64,000 nucleotides of DNA from Klebsormidium nitens (lineage: Eukaryota > Plantae > Klebsormidiophyceae), in assembly GCA_000708835.1 (NCBI GenBank), contig DF237158.1:72999-136998 (forward strand), written 5' to 3'. A program made the translations under genes and the position numbers. The notes beneath the pieces are model-generated. The model was given only the letters and a program-made list of their open reading frames with translations. It ran no database searches and was not told the origin of the DNA. Positions 36,036 through 46,330 of this stretch are shown here, in pieces (the stretch's first letter is position 1; each line of letters starts with the position of its first letter).

Positions 36036-39000
36036 CTACCCCATGAAATCTGCAAGCACGTCGATGCGTCCGGCGTCAAGGCTATTCGTGTCAACGAGCA
36101 GAATGAACGAATCGACCTTTCTCTCATCCGACAGTGTTTTGAGAAAGCTATGCCGAATTCAAGACAAAGGCTTGGAAGACATTGTCCCGAGATGCATTTG
36201 GAAACGTTGCTCAATATCAGCATATGCGCAAGCACAGAGAGGGACATAGAAAACCTGTTGGACTCAAAGCTGCACCGAAGGCAGAAGGCAGAGTGGTTGC
36301 GAGAGCTTACGGCATGCGTTGTTGAACCATGCGCACGGCTTATTGCCATTCGTGCAGGCATTCTCATTGGGACAGTTGCAAGCGTTGCCACACCCCCCCT
36401 TGGGGTTGGTCGGCACGGGAGTGGGCGTGGCAACTGCGGGGGGAGACGACTTCGCAAGAGGAGGCGGGCTGGCAATCTGAACAGGGGGCGGGCTGGCAAT
36501 CTGAACCGGGGGCGGGCTCGCAATCTGAACCGGGGGCGGGCTAGAAATCTGAACCGGGGGCGGGCTAGCATTTTGAACAGGGGGCGGGCTAGCAACCTCA
36601 ACAGGGGGCGGGCTAGCGATCTCGGCAGTCGGCGGGCTAGGGATGGCCACAGGCGGCGGGTTGGCGTTCTCCACAGGTGGCGGGTTAGCGTTAACCACCG
36701 GCGGAGGTTGGCTGTCCGCAGCAGCGGGAGGGGGGTTCACTGAAGCAGGTGGCGGGTTCGCTGCGATGGGGGGGGGGTTAGCGGCAGGGGGAGGGAGGGC
36801 AGAGGACGAGGGCGTGAGAGTCATGCCCAGGATGACCGGGTCGTGGTCGGAGCAGCGGTACATCGAGGTGGGGCTGGCCAGGCCGGTGGGGCTCTGCAGG
36901 AAAAGAGGGTTCGAATTGGAGCCCGAAATATAGATATGAGGAGAACCGAGTTCGTACCACCAGGCACAAGCAGAAGCAATTTCGTCGTTCAGTAATCCTA
37001 TCTGATAGTCTGCTAGCGGACTAACATTCAAATTCAACGCCTGCTCAAGGATCTACAGCATCAAAGAGAATTGCATGCGTCTTCAAAGTCGGCGTCTTCA
37101 AAACCGGCATTGATTGCACAGATTGAAGCACGCAATTTCTCATGGTCATGTCCCTTGTCGGCCATTCCCGCTGGCAGAAAAAAAGTTGCCAAGTACGAAG
37201 GCTGCGAAAAAAACACTTCAAGCGAGACGTTCAAAATCTCACGGCCTCCTTTGCTACTCAGGGAAGGGTAAAGAAAGCTCTAATCGCTAACGCCTTTATC
37301 GCTCACGTCGTAGTGCAGCACGATCGGCTCATCCGCGTTGATGTGGAACTCGGCGACGTCCTGGACCTGCGGCGCGAGAGCGGACGACGCGAGCGCGTGG
37401 TCGAGGTAGCCGCTCTCGCCACCGAAGACGTACGAGTAGGCCAATGGGCCGATCTTGGCGGCGATCATGTTCACGAAACCGCCCGCCTCGAAGGTCTTGA
37501 TGGGGTCCTCCTTGGCGTACGCGTTCATGTCTCCCAGCAGCAGGAAGTCTGGGTCGTTACTGCCCGTGGGATCGCTGGCGAGCCACCTCACGATGGCGGC
37601 GGCGGCTCTCTGGCGCGTCAGGTTGCAGTTGCCCTGCACATGCAAAACCGTTGCAAAAGTGAGAGACATATACCCGTAGTCTGAGTACGAATATACCTTT
37701 CCCATCCACATATTTGACTTTGTAACCTGTTGGCCAGAGCGACCCTACGCGAGAAGCTCGTCAGCCTTTTGATGCTGAGTAGCGAGCTCCTATCAACCCC
37801 ACCGTAACTCCACGGAAAGACAAAGGGAACCATCAGATTCACCGGCTCTACAGCTCTTGAAAGAGCACAGGAGCTGCCTCTCGACTTCCAGGTATTTTGC
37901 GACAACACTGAATTAGAATCCTTATTGATGCCGAAAGATCGGACGCCTTCATTTCGGACACCTCGACTGTTTTACCCGGAGCACGCGTCAGGCAGTGCGT
38001 TACCTGTCCGTCCTTTTGGTCCGCGTCGCCGGAGCACGCGCTGCCCTTAGATTTGAGATGATTCGCAACCACGGTGATCTTGCCCCCCTGGTTGTCCGCA
38101 AACGTCTGGGCCACGGACGGCCGCGTGTTGTCGGACGGGAAGGTCGGGTCCACGTTCTTGGTGATGGCACGTGCCGCTCCCACGGGAGTCACGGCGGAAA
38201 CGCGGTACATCATACCCACCGTGATCGCATCGCCGCCGACGCACTGCCTGGCGCACTGCAGACGTAGAAAAGAGGTTATATTCAAGGGAGGGCTGTCTCT
38301 GCAAAATGATTGGCATCTGACCAAAGGTGAAAGACACCTGCCGGTGTCAGTAGTACGCAGTCAACGTCTGCCAAGTCGTGTCACTTGGCGGGCAATTTGA
38401 CCGCAATAGTTTGAAAGAATCTATTTATTAGGCGTCGAATCCCGTATGTGATGAGTTGATGGTTTGCTGCTGCTTGAAGGAAGCGCCGAAGTGATTTTAA
38501 ACGGCAAGGTTTGAACATAAAACTACAATTCCCACGGTGGCATTTCTTAGAGGCGTGTAATCAGTCCAAAACCTTTCGCAGCATGTAAATAAAATGGCAG
38601 AGCTCACGTTGGGATCCGTGCTGATGATCGAGGGGCTGCCCCCGTCCGGCTGGTTAACCCTGATGAAGGCATACGTTCCAGCCCCCACCGCGTTGTTGAC
38701 CGCATTGGTCAGAGTGGCGATAGCACTGCTCGGGCCGAAGCCGTTGTTCTGGAGCTCTTGGAACGCGTAGATGTCCCCGTTCAATGCGGTGATGGCCAAC
38801 ACTTCTTTGGCGAGTTGCGTGTCGAATTGCTGTAAAGAGGACAACAGCAACTCGTTTCAGCTGCAGTTTGTGTGCTTCCTTCAGGGAGCTGAGATGGCGA
38901 GTGATGGTGGACATCAAAGTCAGTCGACGGAAAGCACAGGTACGGAGTCGACATTCGATTTTGGTAACAAATGAATTCTGGCACAAATGAGATCTGCTGA

Positions 39001-42000
39001 CTTTGTGAGACGTCGATTCAGCTTTTCAGATTGTTCACAAACAAACTTTTGCTTTTGAGTATTGAGAAGCTCTGCTCGATCATGAAAACTCAGCTGGTAT
39101 CTGAGAGGACTCAAGCTCTTCAATCTGCGAACGGATGAGTTAGCGAGGTTGCAGAAGGAACGGCTTCAAAAAGGATGCCAGACGTTGAGCATATGATGTA
39201 AGCCACATTACCTGCTGCGTCTTGGCACCGCGGCAGTCGGAGGAGCTGCACCCGTTGGCCTGCAGCTGCGTGAAGAAGTTCTCCAGGTTCATGCCCACCA
39301 CTTTGAGGCTGCCCGCGACGGCAGGCCCGGCGGTCGGGCGCGGGTTGGTGCTGGGATCAAAGGTGAGCGCCGCAGAGGACGGGTTGCCAATCGGCTCCAC
39401 CAAGTACCCGAAAGAGCTGCCGTAGGACAGGTCGCCATTCAGGGGGCCGGCCAGGGTGTAGCCAACACGGATAGTGTTGCTGTCCGACAGGCCGGGGTAC
39501 GGGTACGGGGGCTTCAGCGGCGGGCTGGACCGCGAAGTCAAGCTCGACCCGTCGTCCACGAGAATGGCCTGCGCGTCGTTTGAGGCCGCAACGGCGTTGG
39601 CGGGAGCACCTGCAGGGAATGCCCAAGCACAGTTTATATTCGTTCTGGTCGCCCCCGTGACAGAAGAAATTGGATGCTTTTCGGGAGGTCGTCAACAGCA
39701 GCAACTCCAACCGAAAGAAAAAAAGAGATGCATCCGTGATGCATTCGTTCATTCTGTAACCCCACAATCAAGCCTATGAAAGAATCTCAAGTTCCTCGAA
39801 ACACTGATGCGAGATGCGGCTCACAAAGAGGTCTGGTTGAACGAGCTGACCCGACCAGAGTGCATGGTAAGGAACGGCGTGACCAATCGACAACTTCGCA
39901 GGTCCAAGTACAAGACTGCAACTCGGAAAATCTGTTCAAAGAGTCACTCACCGGGATCGGCCACCTGCGTGGGCACATAGCGCCTGCCATTCACGGACAG
40001 TTCGATCTCCCCGTAGAAGTCGTCGTTGTAGTTATCCGTCACAGTGAGCGTCTGCAAAGCACGAGATCCTGTCAGGGCCGTTTATGAACGGATACTGTCT
40101 TCCTTTCCAGCACCTTGACAAGAGCAGTGCACGGGCACCGGACTCTTGCCTTGCCCAAAATCTGGTCAGAAATTGATACGGGATGCTGCCAACGAAGACC
40201 CTTCTCATTCGTTGCTCTGTCTAAGCGTCCGTCAGCTGCTGACGAGCTTAAGCGCTGTATCTCCAAATTAGATCCCTTGGTTCAGAATCATTCAGAATCA
40301 TTCCCGATCTTAGGTTGTTGTTCGAGTTCTCGGCTGTTACTTTCACAGACAGAGACGTACTTAGAGGAAGTCCAAGAGATGAAAGGATTGATGCTTATGT
40401 CCAACTGCATCCAAACTCCCAACCTTTCCTCAACCGCTCACTCTTACTTAGTACCCCTAGCAAACAAAGATAAAAGACGAGACTCAGAAGATGCAACCTG
40501 CGAGAAAGAGCGGCAGCGCGACACGGGCGGCACATACCTGGGGGAAGTTGACCTGCATGCTCAGGTACTGGCGGAGGTCTGTCGGCAGCGTGACTGGCGA
40601 GATGGTCGGGGGAGGATTCCCCGAGCTGCAGATGGTGAGTGCGGTCACGGCGTTCATCTCGGGCAGGCCGTTGTAGTTCACGATCGTGCCGGACACCTGG
40701 ATGTAGTCCCCGGGGGCAGTGGCCGGGAAGGTGGCACGGCTCGTGCCGACGAAGTAGACGAAGAGGCCGTTGGACGTGCCCGCGGTGATAGGGTCGGCTT
40801 GGGCCTGCAAGCACAAGAAACAGACACATTAAGTCAGGCATGCGGATTCGTTTTCCTTGCGGACAAAAGCGCCGACAAATACGAGCAGCCGGTTCTTGTT
40901 AAAGGTGAGTTCAAAGGACTGCTCTGAGCCTGCCAGAACCGCTTCAGAACGAAGCGGCAGCCGAAGGACGACCATATGACTGCCGGTGCAGCTCCAAAAA
41001 CGGTCTTCAAAAGACCATTCAAACCAAGGGACGGCGAAAGAGTATCCAGCAGATTTGACAACTGAATACTTGTCTCGTAGCGGTCCATCTGAATTTAACG
41101 CCCTCTTTATTGAGAGGGATCTTTCAATATGCGTAACCAATCCCTACCAGACCCCATCCAAAGCGGCGAGTAATGTCCAACTACCCAAACACAAGAGTAT
41201 TTCTTTGAACGGCACTCACGTCGGGCGTCTGAATGAAGATCCCGTTGAGGCGGTTAGCTTCGTCGAACTCCCCGGTGACAATCCCCGAGGTAACCACCTG
41301 CTTGTCAGCGATGGCCTGGGCCTGACCGTTCCCGTTGATGGCATAGATGGGCGTCTCTCCGGCAGAGCCGCAAGTGCCCGTGGCTCCTCCAGCCGGGGGA
41401 GGGCTGGAGACGGTCGTGTCAACAGGGGGAGGGTTGCTCGTGCTAAGGGCCGGGGGGGGGCTGGACACCGTGGAACCAACAGGAGTGGGGGGGGACGTGT
41501 TACCTCCTGTTGGGGCAGTTCCGCGATAGCCTGCAAACAAGAGAGTAACTGATGAGTATTTTTTCTCTTGACTACTCACTTAGCCACTCAATGAAGGCCC
41601 CACCACCACGTTATCAATCATGAACAGAAACTGTGCTTGAGGCAATTAAAGTGAGGGGTCGAAACGAGAATGACGAGAATCAGTGCACCCAATAGGATTC
41701 TTCTCGCACATGCTTTTGTGACCAACATGTAACCCGCAGATTGCTCCTGTTAAATGGGCATTGCATGGAACACCAAAACTCAGACTACACACATCAAGAA
41801 GATGAACGGTGGTATCACCTGTTGATGTAAGGAGGCCATCCACCACAAGCTGGCTCGGGAGGTTCCCTGCGCCAATGATCCGCGGGCCTTCAGAGGAGGG
41901 GACGGCCTGGCCTGCGTACGCTGGGCCAAACGAGTTGGCGGCAGGGCTGGACCACGTGGTGGAGCCCGTGCGCTGGACGGAATATCCCACGGGGGTGCTG

Positions 42001-44509
42001 CTCGTCTCGCGTGGGCTCACGGGCGTGCTGCCATGGACAAACGCAGAGAAACATTGCTAGGTGCAAAGTAGACATCATCCCTCAGAAATGAGTTCAGCGA
42101 ACCTTGTTACGAAACTACAGAAACCAGGAAAAACCCATACGAATGTGAAAACGACGAGCAAGTGTAGGATCACCAAGTCCTGGATCAAATTGTGGGGCCG
42201 TCTGTTGGAGCGACGGGGGAACAAAAACGAGCTGCAATGTCGCTTCTAATTGAAAAGATACGCGGTGTTGCCGACCAAAAGGATACCGAATGCGAAGCAG
42301 AAGTTGATCGAAGAGCCACTCACGATGTTTCGCCAGAGGCAGGGCCGGTGTTGGCGGATGCGGTCACGGTGAAGGTGTTTGACGTGCTCGACCACGAGAT
42401 GAAGTCCAGCAGCTGACTCGCGGGGTCGGAGAGGGCCATCCCCGCCCCGCTGTTGGTCAGCCCGTCCACGGGGAAGACGACGACGATGGTGCCGGACTGC
42501 AAGATCGAGTCGAAAACAGATGTCAATTTGCTGAGACCAGATGTCGAGGAGGATACAAAAAATTGTCTCGAAGGTCTGGCACTCGGCTCTAAGAACAAAG
42601 ACCAGAATCTCGAAAGTACTTGAGTACAAGAAAGGCATTCACAACAGCTGACCCAGCCCGGGCATCTCACCGTGGTTGAGCCGGACGACCCATCTCCTCG
42701 CAGGATGGAGCCAGCCGGGAAAGTGAGGGTCGGCCCGCTGGGGAGGGGGCACACACTGGTGCTGCACAGCCCTCCCGCCCCCGCGTAGCGCGTCAGCTTG
42801 TAGCCAGTCACGTCAGTGCCTACAGGTCCGAAGATCTCAACCGCCTCGGCTGCAACAAAGAAACAAGCACGGTGAGTGCATGCACGATAAACTATGCTGA
42901 CTGCCAACCAAGCCAAGCTGCTGGCTTCTACGCAAGAAAAAGCCCATGCAACGCTCCCGAGTCTCAGGCGTGCATCATTCCAGCGACTTTGATTTGGCAA
43001 CGAGGGTTTCATTTGTCAAATCGTGGCCTCAAAACAGTGCCTTCCACAATCTCTCAACCCTCTTACACAGGTAACGGTACTCAGGACAATAGTTACAAGT
43101 GGGACACACAAGCAAGTTCCTGCCCTCCTCAACTCCATGCTGATGGCCCTAAGTCAAGCGGTGGGGCTGCAAAAATGGTCCTACACAGGCACTTCTCAGC
43201 CCTCCCAGAAAAGCAACGGACATCCATCGACTCTAGCTGTCAAGTGGATACCTCACCAACATCCGTGCCGTTATTATCCCAGTGAATCTCATCGAAAAAG
43301 ACAGCTGTCACTCCAGTCTGCGCAAGTGATCGGCGCTCTGGGAAAATTCTGTCGAGACAAGGACAGCAGGTGAGTTAGGCGGCCTTTTAGAGTGCAAGTC
43401 AGGCCTTGGATATCGCTGTCCTGAAGACATGTATGATTGACATTCCTGATTACTTGCTCAGGCATGAGTTGATGATCACCAAGGTTTTTCCCGGATCCCT
43501 TACTAGTTGAGCGCTTTTGGGGAGCTGCATGGGAAAGCTGGTGCATGAAAGTCCTGACCCCGTTCTCATTGCAGTGCTTGGAGCTCAGAAGGAAGAGCCT
43601 TCCTTGGGAGCAGCCTGAGGAATACTCCCATCAACAAAGTAACAACTCCTCTATCATAGTTCCTTACAGGAAAGGAACTACAAGCAAAAATAGATGAACT
43701 CTTTGGACTGATATACTGAAAGGCTGATAATCGCTGATAAGTTGCAGAAGTGTGATAAACCACTCGTCTCTCAGAATGGTGATGAGCTCACAGCCTGCAA
43801 CAGCAGCGACTTGCTACAAGCGAAGAATCCTATGTCTCTTAGAGGCATAGCGGGCAGCACACCAAATTGCTTGACAAGAGCCTGTTGTAGAGAATCTCAG
43901 CTTTTGAGCCTTTTACAAAGTTTCATAAAATTCTAGTATGATATAAGTTTTTGGCAACCAGGTAGTTTTGTTGCAAGTGTGAGATAGTGCACCCAGATTA
44001 CCACGAGTTGACTCTTTTGGCCAAACAGTACATGGAAGCACAAGTTGACTTTTATGGCCAAAAAGTAGCCAACTTACTCTTTGGTCAAACGATTCGTAAG
44101 CACAGCAACGATCACCCTGACAGCCAATTTGATCTCCCTGACTCTAAACATTCTTCGAGTGCCTTTGTTCAGCTTTTAGCTGCTGTGATAGTGTCAACTC
44201 GTTTAGGCCAGCACTCTATCCTTGAACATGGCTACACTAATCAAAGCACAGCTTGTTCTACGGTGAAGTCACTGGAGTCGTAAGACCACAACACTTACAA
44301 GTGACAACAATCTGACCCCAATGTGGGGCATCTGTCCTTTTGCAGCCAATCTAGAGTAAACAAAGGGGTCAATTGAAGGAACCAGTCTGCGTCCAACGTT
44401 GAAGAAATCAAGTTGAGGCGTCTTACCTTGCATCAGCGCCGGGAAAAAGCGCAACAGCCAACAGCGCCATCAGCATGACGAGGGCAGGGAGCCGCCCAGG
44501 CGCCGCCAT
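36036..44509 (-). CDS. Secreted ExeM/NucH-family extracellular nuclease: signal peptide, lamin-tail-like domain, Pro-rich linker, OB-fold, EEP nuclease, Ser-Pro3 stalk, Cys-rich tip; ~1070-1080 aa
   Basis: In-phase GT-AG exons 44509-44427, 43348-43257, 42849-42671, 42496-42324, 42027-41819, 41530-41220, 40804-40538, 40051-39952, 39609-39212, 38829-38608, 38255-38004, 37633-37307, then 36893-36311 plus 36049-36036 (or unspliced read-through to a stop at 36264). Family motifs: VFFDEIHWDNNGTDVAEAVEIFGPVGTD, TPIYAING, VVTSGIVTG..NGIFIQTPD, ILVDDGS, GMNLENFF, DIYAFQELQNN, GGDAITVG, RPSVAQTF, ANHLKSKGS, DGQGNCNLTR, LLLGDMNAYAKEDP, YSYVFGGESGYLDH, HINADEP, YRCSDHDP. Confidence 0.9.
36436..36800 (-). 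repeat. Coding 24-bp (8-aa) tandem repeat encoding [Q/E][I/V/N]ASPPPV, ~11 degenerate units, preceded by 7-aa A(A/S)NPPP units
   Basis: Plus strand shows repeated GGGGGCGGGCT(A/G)GCAATCTGAAC(A/C). Translation: VNANPPPV ENANPPPV AIPSPPTA EIASPPPV EVASPPPV QNASPPPV QISSPPPV QIASPPPV QIASPPPV QIASPPPL. Confidence 0.9.
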
Positions 44510-44935
44510 CTTTGTGGTGATCGAATTCGAGCTTTGAGCTGAACCGAAATGTCTGCAGACAATGGCCCAGACGCAGCTAAACAGATGCAGCCCTCCTTGT
44601 GTGGATGTTGCTGAAGTATGAGCTTGCTCAAGAGACTGCCTCCTGAAAGCAGCCGACACCCCTGATCGGGCCCTGATCAACCTTGCATAAGATTGTTGTA
44701 CGAAATTGGAACAGATCTCAATGCAAAGTACCTACCACCGGTGGTCAATTGGAGCAAGGCTCGTTAGGGAGTAAAAAAGTGGGAACAGAGAGCGACAGAC
44801 TGGCAGTGCTCTGCGGACTGGCTGAAGTGGATCACATCGACACGAAGTTCTGAATAAGCTGGAAATCAAAGCTGCCACATCGGCAGCAGTGCTTCAAGCT
44901 CGATCAGATACACTGGAATCCTTTTATTTGTGCTG

Positions 44936-44943
44936 GCATATAC
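44936..44943. promoter_or_regulatory. Candidate P1BS (GNATATNC) phosphate-starvation element upstream of the nuclease gene
   Basis: GCATATAC lies 427 bp upstream of the nuclease ATG. This is one 6-informative-base match; another chance match (GTATATCC) occurs near 7812. Confidence 0.25.
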
Positions 44944-45548
44944 CCGCTACAACAAGCTGTGCACACTGCAGACTCCAACTGGCAACAACTTGCTAAGATT
45001 CGATGCCAGCCGGGCTGAGACAAAAGCGCACTGGAGCCAGTAGGCTAGCCGCTAGGCATGGGTACCGTATACTGCAACAGAGTGTACCTATGTTGAACAG
45101 ACTGTGCAGTCACCAGTGTGCCCCGGGGGCAGTCCGCAATCATTGATTTGCATGAGGGCAGTTAAAGATGCTTCGGTAAGCGGCAGGAGGTCCGAGGAAT
45201 TATTGACGCTCTTGCCACAATTTTCGGAAATAGCTAGGTGTTATTATTAATTAAAGTTCAAACTCGAACAACAAAATAAAATAGGAGCTCACGTGAACCT
45301 GCTTAACCCAACTCTTATTTGCCGGTCGCACCAAAATACCTACTGACCCTATTAACTCCTTTGTACTAACCCCACCCGTCCTAAAGCTATAACCTGAGCT
45401 TATTTAAGTACCTACCTCGGAAAATCAGTACCAAAATCTGTCAATCTGAAGATCAATCTGCAACTGTTCAATAAAGAGCATCTTTGCGGCACCGGATCGG
45501 ATGCAATGATTACCGTGCCCGAAGGGCCATCATGCTGTCATGATGCGA

Positions 45549-45642
45549 CCACGTGGCTCCGCCCGAGAACAGACACGTGTGAAAAACGATTCCCGAATCC
45601 TTCCCGAGCGAAGATTCGATCGGCGACTTCCTCATGAGTCAT
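45549..45642. promoter_or_regulatory. Cluster of bZIP/bHLH-type sites: two G-boxes and one TGAGTCA
   Basis: CCACGTGG at 45549-45556, GACACGTGT at 45572-45580 and ATGAGTCAT at 45634-45642, all within 95 bp and ~1.05-1.13 kb upstream of the nuclease ATG. Confidence 0.3.
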
Positions 45643-45787
45643 GACACGGTATACCAGTCCGGTCTCCCAGTCCGAAGCACCTCAGAGACGGGATACCGTA
45701 CCTAGCTACCTAAGGTACTACTAGGGCCCTGGTCCTAGGCCCGTCTTGAAGCTTTAAAGGTGGTACAGGGGTGGTACGGTCTTACCT

Positions 45788-45838
45788 AGTTACCTTATGG
45801 TCTTAGTTACCTTATGGTCTTAGTTACCTTATGGCCTT
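45788..45838. repeat. 17-bp tandem repeat x3
   Basis: TAGTTACCTTATGGTCT TAGTTACCTTATGGTCT TAGTTACCTTATGGCCT. Confidence 0.8.
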
Positions 45839-46114
45839 ACCCGTGGTAGGCCTGTAGTGCCCCCTATACCCCTATGTTGACTTCTCTACAAGCCCGTGAA
45901 CTATCGAAGGCATGGGGCTATGGCGGGGCCGTAATTAACATGCATCGATTGAGAGGCATCACATTCTCCTGCACATGTGCCAATGTCAGACGGTGATCCT
46001 CTCAGGCACTGTCAGCGCAACCTTGGTGGCAGAGACGGCGGCTGGCCTCTTGCTCCAAGATAGTCGATCACCAACATGATGCAAAAGGACCTAGAAGAAC
46101 AGCTCCTGATGATA

Positions 46115-46330
46115 CATGGGCATCGTGTCCTAACATGTGTGCAGGGGCGTCCGGAACTCCGAAAATAAAACCGGCCACCAGCCCCCCCCTACCCTCTCGA
46201 TGCACAATTTTACCTAGGGGTAAAATTGCCCCTAGATGTTGCCCCCACCGGCCACCAGCCCCCCCCCAACGAGGGCCGATTTTCGGAGTTCCGGACGCCC
46301 TTGCACATATGTTCTGACACGATGCCATGG
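46115..46330. mobile_element. MITE-like non-autonomous DNA transposon (206 bp, 47-bp TIRs, candidate 5-bp TSD CATGG)
   Basis: Left arm 46120-46166 GCATCGTGTCCTAACATGTGTGCAGGGGCGTCCGGAACTCCGAAAAT versus the reverse complement of 46279-46325: 43/47 identical. CATGG sits at 46115-46119 and 46326-46330. Internal hairpin CAATTTTACC-TAGG-GGTAAAATTG at 46205-46228. Confidence 0.7.

Noticed and set aside
35958-36743. 261-aa plus-strand ORF with NLNRGRA repeats and a 203-aa minus-strand alternative frame with ARPRF repeats
   Set aside because: Shadow frames of the 24-bp Pro-repeat of the nuclease exon.
36036-44509. Nuclease gene as bacterial contamination or misassembly
   Set aside because: It is split by 12-13 in-phase GT-AG introns with the same intron style as the neighbouring genes, and it has eukaryotic SP3 stalks.
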